NCBI GenBank assembly: GCA_013239625.1
Contig: MU054212.1
Location: forward strand, 7,817,412-7,881,411
Source: Lama guanicoe
Lineage: Eukaryota
Direction of reading: 5' to 3'
DNA length: 64,000 nt
Shown here: positions 25,381 to 39,307 of the stretch, piece after piece
Layout: every line of letters starts with the position of its first letter
How positions within the stretch are numbered: position 1 is the first letter of the stretch
Notes under the pieces: model-generated
What the model saw: only the letters and a program-made list of their open reading frames with translations
Database searches by the model: none
Told to the model about the DNA's origin: nothing
Position numbers and translations under genes: made by a program

Positions 25381-28300
25381 TGTGTGTGTGTGTGTGTATA
25401 ATTTAAATATATATAATTTAAATATATAAACATATATATCAACATTATTATATATATCATTTTTAACATATACTTTAATACACTCGATAAATTCTGCATT
25501 AAATCACTCCCAGTTGATTGTATTAGTAATTAAAAATGTGATGATGTAATATTTACCACATAGCTCATGTAATACTTTGAGAATGTAAAGCTGAGAATTA
25601 TAAGGACTTTAAAAAATATCTTTACCTTTGGGTACTTTGTATTCTCTTCATAAGTGACACTGATTTTAAACACCAACAAAAATCAGATCTTAGTCTGATA
25701 GGGCAGCCAGGGACATTTGTCTAACTTTATTCGGGCATATAATTTGTGATACAGGCACTGCTAGGACCCTGGCTGTGTCCCTCAGAACCCAGAATTCAAT
25801 AGGGATTTGTACTATTATATCCATTTTTTTGGAAGCTCTAAAACTGTTGCTCCATTTTTAGAATCTGATCATACATTAATAATTTATTAGGCTAGGTTGT
25901 CTTCTTTATGAAGACCATGTGGAAAGAAAAGTCATCTTCAATATCTGTTTCTTGATTTTTTGTTTGTTTGTTTCACCTCCCTTAAGTTCAAGATTTTTAA
26001 AGGTTAAAAAGGAAAAAAAAACTGTTGGGTTTCAAAAGATGCTCTACGAAAGTTACCATCTATGGGAATTTCTCTGTGCAAGAAGCAGCGTAATAGACTA
26101 ACAAGAACAAAATGTCCACTCTTTTCTTTTGAATGTGTGTTATATTCAACTATGTGCTGTGATTGCTTAAAACAAACTAACTGTTCCACGAACTTCTACA
26201 CCACCAGCAACTCTATTCAAAGAAAATTCTGGACGTTCGGTTCACTTACAGGTATCAGGGTACTTAGGTGTGACAGAGAGAATGTGACGTTATTCTGCTT
26301 TTCATTCATTAGCATCCCAGTTCTCCTCCCTTGATTTTAAGAGAATGAGATAAATCAATATATTTTTTTAGAAAGATAATTACTGGGGGAAATGTACCTT
26401 CTTTCTGCTCCATAGAAAGAGGAATCATTCAATCAAACGTGTGGACAGCATAAATTCATAGCACACATATTTTCCTCTGATTGATTTTTGTTTATATTTT
26501 TCAATGGGAGTTATAAAAAGATTCAGAAACTATAATGATGTCAGCAACACCGCTAAAAATTCACTGCAGGAGGATTTGAAGATCTTTTTCTCAGCACTGC
26601 AGGGCTGCTCCTCTGCAACTCTGTAAATAACCACACAGCACAACTTCACCTCTGCCTCGCCTGCCAAATTATGAAGGCAATTATATCTGCATTCTGAAAT
26701 TGCCTAGCACCTAAGCATTAGGAATGCTGAAAAATACGCTGTGTAACCATTTGCCAGACACCAGAACATAAATCTAAGTTACTTAGATTTACAGTATTAT
26801 AATCTCTCCTTTAAAATGACGAGGGAAGTGTTTAACTTAATGAGGCAAAGGATCCTAGTGTGCAAGTTTCATTATATTTTTCATTCCACAAGGGTAAATT
26901 ATTGCTCCAGTCTCCTATATGGTACCCCAGTGGCCTCAAAGACACAATGTAGCTTTCCAGAAACGTCTACTTTTGTCTTCGGCAATAACTTACTCCACTA
27001 GAGTGTGCCTTTGGAGAATTACCCGTTAACATTTCTTGCAGTGGGCTGAATTTCTTGAAGGTCATTCACAGATGCTAACTGTACTTAACTTTTTTTTTTA
27101 AACGTAGGGACATTGACTGACGTGGTAACTCTTCATGCATCACTATACAAAAGGGAAAATGATGGACATTTTCTTTCTATCTAAAACTGGAAAATAAGCA
27201 CTAAAATTCTGAGTAAGAAATGATATTACAGGACAGAAAATTTTTTCTGAGCATTTGAGCTCTGATGTTGCTAACTTTCTAAATAAATAAGCACAGGCTT
27301 TTGCAGGGTGGTCCACAAAGATTTAGGACTGTAACAGTTAAATATGTAGTTTCAGATTTGCAAAAACAAAAAAAGAAAACAAAAAAACTTCATCCTCTCT
27401 TCAGCACCAAATGGATGAATCAAAATGTGTGTGGGAGTCTTTTAAACAAGCTTTACTTTCTAATACGGCAATATAGGAATTGAATTAAAACAAACAAGAA
27501 AAAAATCCCCTCACCAATCAGTGTTGCAGCATTTGGGTAAATGTTAGCGCTTGACAGCTTTCAAGGCAGAGACACGACTCCAGGCTTTCTGCCAAACCAT
27601 TACTGGTAATCAAGAGATGAAGGAAATGAAAAGTACTGCTGCCTGGCTTAGTTAGAGACACGTTTGCTAAAAGACAAGCCAACACGTTTCTTATGCAACC
27701 ATCAAAATCACAACTTAGGAACACACACACACACAATGCTTTTATAAGTCTAGGAAGATACACATTAAATTCCAACTCTGTTCTTAAGGGGAACACATTA
27801 TAAGACCCAGCTGGTGTTGACCAGATCCTTTCTCTATCCTGAGTGGTTTTAATATCCACTATCATTTCTTCCAACAACTGCAAGGGAAGGAATTAAATTT
27901 CTCCTATGTGGACAAGATTTCGGATTGTCGATGGTGGTCAGAACCTCTCATTGATCAATGTGTGGTTTGGGCTGCTAATTTTTGTGGTAGACTTAAATGA
28001 TTTGGGTAAACATATGTTTTACCAAAATGCTAAAAAAATTATGTAATGTAATAGAGATCTAAGAAAGAAATCAAAGCAAGCATTTGTGTAAAGGAAGATT
28101 GAAATCTTTTCAGTTCTTCGGAGGGAGAAATACTGAGTAAGTATCGATGAGTATTTGCATTTATTATTTTGACCACTAGAGGGCTCTCGGATTTTTTTTG
28201 CTTCAACTCTTTGGAAATCATCTGCTATGGCTGAAACGTTGGTATAACAAATTTAAATCATGAAGGCTATCTTAAGATGGCACATGTTCTCAAAATACAA

Positions 28301-28619
28301 AATAAAAGGAAAATCAGATTTAACTTATTGTGTTCTTTCACTGTTTTACAACAAAATAATTTCACAACCAGTAAGAGAAATGAACCATATGCCTATTTTT
28401 TAAATTATTATTTCATTACTGGGACTCTTGTCAAAATTACATGATCCTGTCTGTTAGAGTTGGAGGTTCCTAAATCTCTGAGTAAGACCCCGTAGTTGAT
28501 ATTTTGGACAACCCACACATTGCCAAGTCCCCGTCTTTGACTAGCGTCCTGGGAAGCCAGGTACATGTCGTGATGATTTAGTCATAATGTCAGAAGTGAT
28601 GGGTTGAGGGGTTAAGGTG

Positions 28620-28890
28620 CTCAGTGAAGATGTCCTGAAGGCAGGGACAATATTGGGCCTTGACAGGTGAGTAGGAGTTACCTTGATCAAGAAAGATGGG
28701 AGGGTATTCAAGATTGAAGGACTAGCATGAGCAACGATAGCAGAGGGGTTGATCAACAGTTTGGTATTGCCAGAGTTTGAGGCTAGAGTGATGCGAAATG
28801 AGTTCGAAGAGATAAATAGGTACCCTGCCATGGAAGGCCTTTTATGGCATTCCAAGGGGTTTGTTCTCTATTCCTTAGGGTACTTAGTAC
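28620..28890 (-). mobile_element. L2 fragment
   Basis: 'gggccttgacaggtgagtaggagttacc' and 'catggaaggccttttatggcattccaaggggtttg' are antisense L2 motifs. Confidence 0.55.
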
Positions 28891-31242
28891 CTCTGAAATC
28901 TAAACCCCGCCCCTAAAGGACAAAGCCAAAACAGAGAATAAATGCACACTCACAGGGCATATGGCCCGGAGCCAGAGTTCAAAATGGTCCACCATGTGTA
29001 TCAAGTTCTTTGAATTCTCATGTGTTTGCATTTACTCTGAAATAAATCTTTGTTTCATTCAGCAAAAAAAAAAAAAACAACAGTATTTTTCTCCAAGTTT
29101 CTAGGAAGATGCAACCTGTTTATCCAGTAGCCTTCTCATCCTTCTAGGTTCTTTAGAACTTCTTTTGCTTATAAATCGCTTTGCTTGAGGAGCACGGCTG
29201 TCACTGCAGGTAGTGGGAACTGCATGCGATGCAGTATGGATATCTTGATCCCTCTGGGTGATGATTTTAAAGAAGGCAGGAATGGAGGGCAGTAGTCTGT
29301 TCATAAAACATGAGAAGATTTAACTGATCCCATAATGCCGAGTTAGACGGACCACAAGAATGGGGTTCCCGTATACTTTTTTTAGTTTAATTCTTTAGAA
29401 ATCCGTCTGATATAGCTGAATATTCTCTAGCCTCGTTCCAAAATGGACATTCTAAGCAAAGCTTACACCAAAAAAAAAAGACGTCATAATTTTCTCCCAG
29501 TTTCAGCCCTTCAGCAACAATGTAAATACCTCCTGGGAAAGATGGGAGAACTGTGTGTCACTGTAACCAGCACTCTTAGCACAGAGGTGTTTATCCCAAA
29601 GGGTCCCTCTTCTCTCTTCTCGTGACCTCTTGGCTTCCTGTGGGAGTTTTCCAGAAACACTCAAACTTCTGAGTTTTGCTGGACGTCTCTTTACTGGTGC
29701 ACATAATGCACCTTATCCAGCATCAGTAGGTCAGAAGATACAGAATTGCATGGATCAAGGAGGAGAAGGGCAAAGAGACAGCATTTCGATACTCAGTGAG
29801 GAAGATTATTTCCAGAGTGGTTCTGCTTGATAGTGAAGTTCAAGATGGAGGATTATAACAGCGCTGAATCTGGAAGTGGCTGTGGCTCCAGATCCCTCTG
29901 ATTTGGATCTTTAAGTGGCTGTGATGCCAGTTAAGGGGAACCCAGAAAGCTTTCTCAATCCCTGATGAAACCAAACATCCTGCTCTTTTGACAGATTCAA
30001 TTACAATTTTAAGTCTTACCAAAAAAAAAAAAAAAAAGCCATACCACGTCCTCCTCATTTTATAGATCTAAATAACTGGGTTGGTATTTAGGTAAATTGT
30101 AGGCAGCCTGAGCCACGATGATGACTTGGTTTTGCTATCACAGTCAGGAGTGGCCTTAGTAAGTGTGCCTTTTACAAATTGTCACCTGGACAAAAGACGT
30201 TACCTTAGCAATGCTAAAAAAAAAGTAAAATTCTAATATTCAGAAGACTAATACCAAATAACCTTACTTGGTCAGTTTCTTCATCTACTGGAAGCATTTA
30301 ACACCCTGGAGGACCCATCAGTCCATCTATTCAAATATTCAGATACTTGACAAAAGCATCTCTGAGGTTTTTTTTATAGATTTGGATAGTGTAACGGTGA
30401 GACCTAGCCATAAAAATTTCTAGGCCCAAAGTGTTTCTTTCACACCTTAAGGAACTTGTAAAATCACGATTTCAAAAATCTTTTGGAAAAAAAAAGCTTA
30501 TCTGTCTCTTTGTGGACCCGAGTGACCCATCCCTGTGTGAGAATATAAATCAGGCTTCTTAATTTCTCCATCAGAATGTCAGCCTGCTGCCTTTTCACCT
30601 GCTGTTTCAACATATAGATCTTCCTTCAATCAACCATATAGAATATTCGCGTTTTCGGCAGCAATTAAAAGATTTAACCCTGAATTGACTGTGCTAAGAG
30701 TGTGCCAGGACACCTTCTCCCAGTGCTATAGTCTGTTGAATCACGTACCTGGAGCTCATTCAGTTAACTCTTCCCTGCCCTCTCCACATGCATATAATGT
30801 CATTACTGAGCAGCTGTTTCATTTGGTGCCCTTGGGTGCTGCTCAGGTTTACTGTTCAGATGAGGCACATGGGGAAAATAAAGAATGACACTGAACAACT
30901 GCAGTAACACTGTGCTAAATGTCACTTGATACCTTCAGAAGGGAGTTATGCCACGCGTAGGAATTTGTGCCCGGAAAGCATTTCTTTCTCAAGATAAACT
31001 CGTAAACTTTTCAATTATGTTAGGAAAAACTAGTATCTTATCAATTTCCTTGTTTGTTGCAACTGCTCAGTTTACTTCCTGTTTCATAGTAACACTCATC
31101 TATGTCATTGGGGTGCAATTCACGCTTTCCCCACCTGTGATCTCTGACTCAGGTGACACTGCCTGGTGCCCCACTATCTCTCATCACTGATCAGACAATA
31201 GTATTTGTGGAGTTAACATGACTTTGTACTGTCCTTTATGTA

Positions 31243-31358
31243 TGTGTGCATATATAAATATATGCATATATATATTTTTTAATGGAGGTACTGGGGATTG
31301 AACCCAGGACCTCATGCATGCTAAGCACGTGCTCTACCACTGAGCTGTATCCACCCCC
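31243..31358 (-). mobile_element. tRNA-derived SINE (camelid Vic-1-like)
   Basis: Reverse complement reads GGGGGTGGATACAGCTCAGTGGTAGAGCACGTGCTTAGCATGCATGAGGTCCTGGGTTCAATCCCCAGTACC (A box, B box GGTTCAATCC) plus an A/TA tail. Degenerate TSD ctgtcctttatgt/ctgccctgtatat. Confidence 0.9.
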
Positions 31359-32339
31359 CTGCCCTGTATATTTTTAACATTGAATTACTCCATTTTGAAA
31401 ATAAGAAGTAAAATTTCAAACCATTAGGGATGACTAACAAGACTGTTGAGAAAAATGGAATAACTATCAACAGTAACATTCTTTAGGGGCATTTCAAATT
31501 TCTCTGAAGAGTGCGGTGATATCCTGTAATCTGCACCCCAGTTTTGCCCAGTCTATATTTATTGTTATCCGTCAGGTCACATTGTACTTTGTTAAGTTTT
31601 ATTTTCAACCAGTTTTAACCTTCTTGGAGTTTGCATCAGAGGATTTTTGACAGAAGAGTTAAGCAACAAGGTTATGCTTGATTACAATGTGTTAATGTCG
31701 TCAGTTTGTCCTATTCAAGTGACAAAGGCTATTAGCCAAGTACGGAGGAGGCTTCTGTAGGCTAAAGATTTCACCTGTGAGGCTGTCTTTATGAGAACTG
31801 GGGTGAGTCAGACTAATCTTCACTCCCAGGGGCTGGTGTTTTCCTCCTGGAAGTCTTTTGACATCTTAGGAGATGAGGCTGGAGAGATTAAATAAATGAC
31901 AAAGAACAAACCAGACTGCTAATTGGCAGTCTAAAACCCTGATTTATAATCCAGAACTCTTTCAGATTCTCCTAAGGTATTTCACAAAGTTTCTCTGAAA
32001 CAATGTGCAGGGGGAAAAAATGACCCGCATTCCCTCATTGTAGAGATGACCATACAGAGCTCCATTTTGGGATGTGGGGTGTGGTCATTTGTCTTTCTAG
32101 CGCCGGTGGCACAGATAGGTTGCTTTGAGGTGCACTTGAAAGATGGATAGGTCCAAGGGAATGGAGATGGGGGAGGACACTGTGAATAATAATGCACACT
32201 CAAACAGGAAAGTGTTAAGAAAACTCTGATAAGTCTGCTCAATAAAATACTACGTGGTCATTTATGCATTTAATCTTGTTGTACATGTCTTTTATGAGCT
32301 AAACCAAACATCTTTATGTAAACAGTGTGATGTCTAATT

Positions 32340-32450
32340 TCTTTAACTGTTTGTTCTCATCTGTTAAATGAGGATAATAATAGGGCCGTGTTTTGGGATT
32401 GCTGAGAGGTTTCTGTGAGCTAATCCGTGTGAAAAATTTATGAGCTCCAC
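32340..32450 (+). mobile_element. MIR SINE core
   Basis: 'ctcatctgttaaatgaggataataatag...gattgctgagaggttt...gagctaat' matches the MIR core. Confidence 0.75.
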
Positions 32451-34327
32451 ACATTACACAGAGTAGAATGATATCTGTGAAAAGTGTTCATGATTCAGGG
32501 AAAATGCTGATGTCATAATGTAGCAATAACAATGAGGACACAAAAGTGTGCTGTTGATCATAATTGTGAGGATGTGTTGATAGAAAAAGCTTAGAAGGAA
32601 ACAGTAATTGCAAATATCTTTAAATCTTGAGATGTAGAATACTTTTTTTGTATCTCCTGTATTATGCAAATTTGCCACAAAGTGTGCTCAAAATACACTT
32701 AGGAAAATATAAAATTCATAAAAATAAATCTCAACCCAGTAAACATTTCTTCTTTTGGACCTTAACAATTCTTGTATCCTTATAGGGACCTGGCATGGCT
32801 TTATTTGCTTACAAACATTCACCTCCTAATGTGTTCATCATATATGGAGGAAATAGTGTATTCTGGTCCAGATCCTTTCCAGTCTTATACACCAGTTCAG
32901 TCACCTGTAATAAAAATTTATCAGGTGGAGGAGGATGTGATCCTATTTGTTCTTAGAAGTTTTCTCCAGTCTCAGGTATTGAGATCTATAAATCTTGATT
33001 CATAGGTGCTTATTTCTTTCCCGAGAACCTGGGTCATTCTCTTAGCAAAGGAAAAGCTTGGAGGAAATACGCATCCTTGAAGGACATGGGGGTGGATAAC
33101 TATGGTGAGGTGGCACCTACAGAAATGAAATGAAGCAGGGAGCATCCTCTCTGCCCATGCTGTGATATTGAGGAGCAATAAACAAGGAAAGGTTGTTGTC
33201 ATTAATTCTGCAGCACCTACACTCATCAGTAAACGTTGTTACACTTTGACCTTTTCAGTGATGCTCAGCTTACCTGTGAACAATTCCCCACCAGTGCACT
33301 GTGCTCTTACCTTATAATTATGAAGCCCTATATACTTGCACCTAAATGAAGATTTTATTATACTCATGAGAATTAATCATGGCTGGGCAAGTTCTCAGTG
33401 CATCAATCAATTCTAACGAGTCAGCCTTCATACTATATACTCTTACTGCTTTAGAAAACAAGTATGCACAATTCTGTGAGCTCTTACTCCTCTGCATACT
33501 CCCCCACCTCTTTGATCATGAATTTTCTAATATTATCCTGGGTCCAGAGAAGCTCATCTCTGAACTGAGTCACCAAATTTTAGAGCTGGGAGGAGGCTTA
33601 GACATCTTCCAGTGACAAGTACAATCTGTTAGTTTTACCGAAGAGGAAACCACATCCTAAAGAGATCAGCTTTGTCCGAGAACACGAGGACCGAGAGTAG
33701 CACCCTGTCCAGTTCGGTTCTGCTACACCTTGGGGCCTTTTAAAAGTTCATGGCACCCATTCTTTGGCCCTTATAATAGTGATTTGTCAGCCCCAACTGC
33801 TTTCTTTTGTGGAGGTTGTCCTGCTTTGGACTATTTGTAGGCAATATCATGAAATCATTTTTGATAAGGAAAAACTAGAGAGAGAAGAATTAAAAGTTGG
33901 GGTGGAAAGCATTTAGAACCCCAGGTGACTGTAAGTCACCATGTTATGCAAACACAGTGCCAGATGATTCCCTGCAAACAGATCAGGCGAATGGAAACAT
34001 TTCTTTCAAAGGCTGGAGCAGAGAGGTCATCATTCTGTGACTCGCATTACAATCCTCTCAATTTCTCATTTTTCAACTCCTTTCTGCCCGTGTCACTTTT
34101 GGAGGCTCAGACCAAACCGTTTATTGTCAGGAAGTTGTATCTTTGATGTTTTCAAGGGCTTTTGTGCTGCGAATAGAGAGAGAATTTCCAATCAGCGTTC
34201 TGTTGAAACAAACGCAAAAACACAATTACTTGCAGTTTTGACTCAGCATTTTCACCTTTCATGGACTCATTGGTCAAATGAGTGGTCCTTAATAATGAAG
34301 AGAATCTTTTTTTTTTAATTCCTATTT

Positions 34328-35470
34328 TCATTCATTCGCCATCTACTTTGTCACTAACTATGTGCCAGCTCCTGTCTGAGATCTAGGGGTGTAACCTCTG
34401 GGAAGCTCACAGAACGCAGGAGAAAGCCAGATACTCAAGCAAATCGTCATGATTTCATGTGACAGATGCCACAACATAAACCCCAAAAGGCACAACAGAG
34501 AGGGCAGAGGATTAATAGAGAGAAAGATAAATGAGCTGAAACTTGAAAGATGACTCCCAAGTTTGACAGCAGATTGGAGGGGAGGGCTACACAATCCAAA
34601 TGCAAAATTATATTCTGGGAGGAGCAAACATCAGTTCAGAAGTATCGGAGTGGTAAGAAAGTATGATAGTCTTAGGTAACTGAAAATGACTCTGCATAAA
34701 GCATAAAATGTTTTAGAATAAGTGACATGCACTGAGACTGGACAGACAGAGAGAAATAGCATAAAAGGTCTTTAAGATTGTGGTAAGGAGGTTAAAATGT
34801 ATACTGAGGCAATGAGAAACCATTCAAGAATTAAGATCTGGCAATGGATTAGTCAATCTGAATTTTAGAAAAAGCACTGTTGCCACTGTCTGTAAGAACC
34901 GCTGGAGAGCAAAGGACCCCAAACCAGAAGAACAGCGGAAAGGTGACGCACTGCAGACGCCAGGCAAGAAGCATTTTTTAAGAACGTTGCAGTGACAGTC
35001 AATCACAGTGAGAAAGAAAAGGGAGGATAAACCCAAATGATATTTCACAAATAGATTCAGTGTGATTTAGCAATTGGGCAGGAGGCTCAGAGAATAGTGA
35101 GATATCCAGGATGGTCTGAGGTTCTGGTCTGGCAACAGGACGGATGGTAATGTCATTAGTGATGGCAGGAAATACGGGAAAGATTCGTATAGGGGAAGGG
35201 TGAACACAACGGCTTTGGACATTTTGAGTTGGAAGCTTCTGTATGCCATTCATGCAAAGATGTCTGGTAGGCAGGTAGATAAATGAGGGGAAACGTCTCG
35301 TGTAGAGACGTGGATTTAAAAGTCATTTGTGTCTAGGTGGTTAAAGCTGTGAAAAGTGTGAGTTATCCCAAGGAAATGCAAACTGAAAGGAAAAGAAGGC
35401 TGAGGAAGAACCTGGTGAACAGTGGTGATTTGGATTGAGAAGGAGCATCTTCTAGAGACATTGAGAAGAA
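34328..35470 (-). mobile_element. L2 element (duplicated at ~36500-37641)
   Basis: Begins 'ttcattcattc...actatgtgccag' (antisense L2 3' end), followed by a purine-rich L2 body ('aattttagaaaaagcactgttgccactg', 'ggctttggacattttgagttgga'). Confidence 0.75.
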
Positions 35471-35616
35471 TTAACTGGAGGAACATTACCAAAATGATGG
35501 CCTCCATCCCCTCAGCAAAGAACAATAATTAGTCAGTCAGCTATCCACGAGCAGAGGCAGCGCTGGGAGAACTCAGGGGTCCACTTCAGAAACTACAGCG
35601 AAACAGTGGAACAACA

Positions 35617-35633
35617 NNNNNNNNNNNNNNNNN
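35617..35633. other. Assembly gap (17 N)
   Basis: Run of N. Confidence 1.
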
Positions 35634-37988
35634 GTATGCACAATTCTGTGAGCTCTTACTCCTCTGCATACTCCCCCACCTCTTTGATCATGAATTTTCT
35701 AATATTATCCTGGGTCCAGAGAAGCTCATCTCTGAACTGAGTCACCAAATTTTAGAGCTGGGAGGAGGCTTAGACATCTTCCAGTGACAAGTACAATCTG
35801 TTAGTTTTACCGAAGAGGAAACCACATCCTAAAGAGATCAGCTTTGTCCGAGAACACGAGGACCGAGAGTAGCACCCTGTCCAGTTCGGTTCTGCTACAC
35901 CTTGGGGCCTTTTAAAAGTTCATGGCACCCATTCTTTGGCCCTTATAATAGTGATTTGTCAGCCCCAACTGCTTTCTTTTGTGGAGGTTGTCCTGCTTTG
36001 GACTATTTGTAGGCAATATCATGAAATCATTTTTGATAAGGAAAAACTAGAGAGAGAAGAATTAAAAGTTGGGGTGGAAAGCATTTAGAACCCCAGGTGA
36101 CTGTAAGTCACCATGTTATGCAAACACAGTGCCAGATGATTCCCTGCAAACAGATCAGGCGAATGGAAACATTTCTTTCAAAGGCTGGAGCAGAGAGGTC
36201 ATCATTCTGTGACTCGCATTACAATCCTCTCAATTTCTCATTTTTCAACTCCTTTCTGCCCGTGTCACTTTTGGAGGCTCAGACCAAACCGTTTATTGTC
36301 AGGAAGTTGTATCTTTGATGTTTTCAAGGGCTTTTGTGCTGCGAATAGAGAGAGAATTTCCAATCAGCGTTCTGTTGAAACAAACGCAAAAACACAATTA
36401 CTTGCAGTTTTGACTCAGCATTTTCACCTTTCATGGACTCATTGGTCAAATGAGTGGTCCTTAATAATGAAGAGAATCTTTTTTTTTTAATTCCTATTTT
36501 CATTCATTCGCCATCTACTTTGTCACTAACTATGTGCCAGCTCCTGTCTGAGATCTAGGGGTGTAACCTCTGGGAAGCTCACAGAACGCAGGAGAAAGCC
36601 AGATACTCAAGCAAATCGTCATGATTTCATGTGACAGATGCCACAACATAAACCCCAAAAGGCACAACAGAGAGGGCAGAGGATTAATAGAGAGAAAGAT
36701 AAATGAGCTGAAACTTGAAAGATGACTCCCAAGTTTGACAGCAGATGGAGGGGAGGGCTACCCAATCCAAATGCAAAATAATATTCTGGGAGGAGCAAAC
36801 ATCAGTTCAGAAGTATCGGAGTGGCAAGAAAGTATGATAGTCTTAGGTAACTGAAAATGACTCTGCATAAAGCATAAAATGTTTTAGAATAAGTGACATG
36901 CACTGAGACTGGACAGACAGAGAGAAATAGCATAAAAGGTCTTTAAGATTGTGGTAAGGAGGTTAAAATGTATACTGAGGCAATGAGAAACCATTCAAGA
37001 ATTAAGATCTGGCAATGGATTAGTCAATCTGAATTTTAGAAAAAGCACTGTTGCCACTGTCTGTAAGAACCGCTGGAGAGCAAAGGACCCCAAACCAGAA
37101 GAACAGCGGAAAGGTGACGCACTGCAGACGCCAGGCAAGAAGCATTTTTTAAGAACGTTGCAGTGACAGTCAATCACAGTGAGAAAGAAAAGGGAGGATA
37201 AACCCAAATGATATTTCACAAATAGATTCAGTGTGATTTAGCAATTGGGCAGGAGGCTCAGAGAATAGTGAGATATCCAGGATGGTCTGAGGTTCTGGTC
37301 TGGCAACAGGACGGATGGTAATGTCATTAGTGATGGCAGGAAATACGGGAAAGATTCGTATAGGGGAAGGGTGAACACAACGGCTTTGGACATTTTGAGT
37401 TGGAAGCTTCTGTATGCCATTCATGCAAAGATGTCTGGTAGGCAGGTAGATAAATGAGGGGAAACGTCTCGTGTAGAGACGTGGATTTAAAAGTCATTTG
37501 TGTCTAGGTGGTTAAAGCTGTGAAAAGTGTGAGTTATCCCAAGGAAATGCAAACTGAAAGGAAAAGAAGGCTGAGGAAGAACCTGGTGAACAGTGGTGAT
37601 TTGGATTGAGAAGGAGCATCTTCTAGAGACATTGAGAAGAATTAACTGGAGGAACATTACCAAAATGATGGCCTCCATCCCCTCAGCAAAGAACAATAAT
37701 TAGTCAGTCAGCTATCCATGAGCAGAGGCAGCGCTGGGAGAACTCAGGGGTCCACTTCAGAAACTACAGCGAAACAGTGGAACAACACACCGGAGAACCA
37801 CACAAAAAGGGGAGGAAGGCGGCTTCCTCTGAATCACTCCATCCCCAGGCCAACTTTACTCGGCCCCAAAAGGGAACTCCTCGCTGGAAAAAAGGTCCCT
37901 TCGCTGGGAAAAGAAGAGTGGATAAGAGACCAGCTTTCAGAGAGGGTGGCTGGCCAAAGGGGAACCCACATTTAAGGACATTTTGAAA

Positions 37989-38058
37989 NNNNNNNNNNNN
38001 NNNNNNNNNNNNNNNNNNNNNNNNNNNNNNNNNNNNNNNNNNNNNNNNNNNNNNNNNN
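37989..38058. other. Assembly gap (70 N), followed by a poly-A run at 38059-38081
   Basis: Run of N. Confidence 1.
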
Positions 38059-39137
38059 AAAAAAAAAAAAAAAAAAAAAAACTTCAGTTATTTATTGCAA
38101 ATTTCAGACGCTGTTTTTTCTTGATCAAGGGAAGGTAAGTAGACACTATGCTAGCCTTTAGTCCAGAAAAATTTCTGGGTCTCACGTCTCCAGATGATCA
38201 CATAGGGTTACAAACAAGATCTCTCAGAGATCATTATGTATTATGACAGTCTATCTTCAGCAGAAAACGTTTTTAGAAAGAACTAAGTTATGTGGGAACT
38301 GGCACTGTATTCTTAATAAAGAAATCAGACCTGGCCTCCAAACGTTGCAGCTAACTCAGCGTTTTTAGTGAGTGTGTTTTCCCATCCAAGGAGCAACTTT
38401 GAATTGTTGTCACTGTTGAATTCAACGCTGGTTGAATCCAAAATGCCGAGTTGATATGTATGACAAGGGTAACCTCAGACTCTCTAGAAATAAGACAGAA
38501 TTTTCTTCTAAAAAAAAAAGTATATATATACCATGGGATAAAAAATGTGGCTTATATGTTTAGGCTCATGACAGGATGCACCATTCACAAGGAATACACT
38601 GGTCTACACAGCATGACAACCTGGCCAGTGTAGGGTCAGGGACCAAACGATGCAGGCTTCACCAAAGCAGGAAACAAAAATCTGATTCATGAACTAGAAT
38701 CTGAGCCTCGAATAAGATCGGGGGACAGACTTTGCAGGACTTTGACGTTGGTTCTACAAGAGCTGCAGTGAACATAAGGAACAAATCAAAGGGGAGCTCC
38801 ATTCATACTGTAAATTCCTTAGAACTAGATTTTTAGAGAATGTTCTGGCAGATAGAAGTGCCTTTTCTAAAAAATATATATATAACAACAATTTTGCTTT
38901 TCTTGTTTGCACAAAGGCCTTTAAGTTGTCTTCCTGGATCCTCTGCTTCTGTATTATTCACTTTTCGCTAATGAATCACAAGAGCTCAAAGGCATCATTG
39001 TATTAGGAGAACATTCTAATCTAGAAGCAGTAACTATTGTTAATCCAGATAGGGTAACATAAAGGGGCTATGGCAAGGTTTTATGCCCTTCGATTCATTC
39101 CATTCATTCTTTCATTCATTCAAGAAATACTTTCGAG

Positions 39138-39307
39138 GGGGGAGGGTATAGCTCAGTGGTAGAGCGCATGCTCAGCATGCATGAAGTCGTGGGTTCAATC
39201 CCCAGTACCATTAAATAAACAAACAAACAAACCAAATGATCCCCCAAAAGCAGACAAAAAATCACTTAAAAATAAATTGAAATGAATAAATAAATAAATG
39301 TTTAAAA
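39138..39307 (+). mobile_element. tRNA-derived SINE (camelid Vic-1-like) with TSD, inserted in an antisense L2 3' end
   Basis: GGGGAGGGTATAGCTCAGTGGTAGAGCGCATGCTCAGCATGCATGAAGTCGTGGGTTCAATCCCCAGTACC plus A-rich tail. TSD AAGAAATACTTT(C/G)GAG at 39122-39137 and 39308-39323. The host reads 'ttcattcattcaagaaatactttggagcac' (L2). Confidence 0.93.

Larger units (their letters stand above)
33462..37787 (+). repeat. Near-identical 2.15-kb tandem duplication (33462-35616 and 35634-37787) separated by a 17-N gap
   Basis: Identical ORF translations recur at offsets 2172 and 2171. Both inner ends abut the gap. Five differences seen by eye. Confidence 0.97.

Noticed and set aside
25960..26260. Possible exon (pyrimidine tract at ~25960-25986, CAG|GTATCA at 26251/2) and 90-aa ORF
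   Set aside because: The splice signals are weak or ambiguous and the peptide is not recognisable.
33925..37696. Pairs of identical ORFs suggesting a duplicated gene cassette
   Set aside because: They are chance ORFs in L2/unique DNA, repeated only because of the gap-flanking duplication.
39138..39210. tRNA-like sequence (A and B boxes), also at 31285-31358
   Set aside because: It has an A-rich tail and TSD and no proper acceptor stem, so it is a SINE head and not a tRNA gene.
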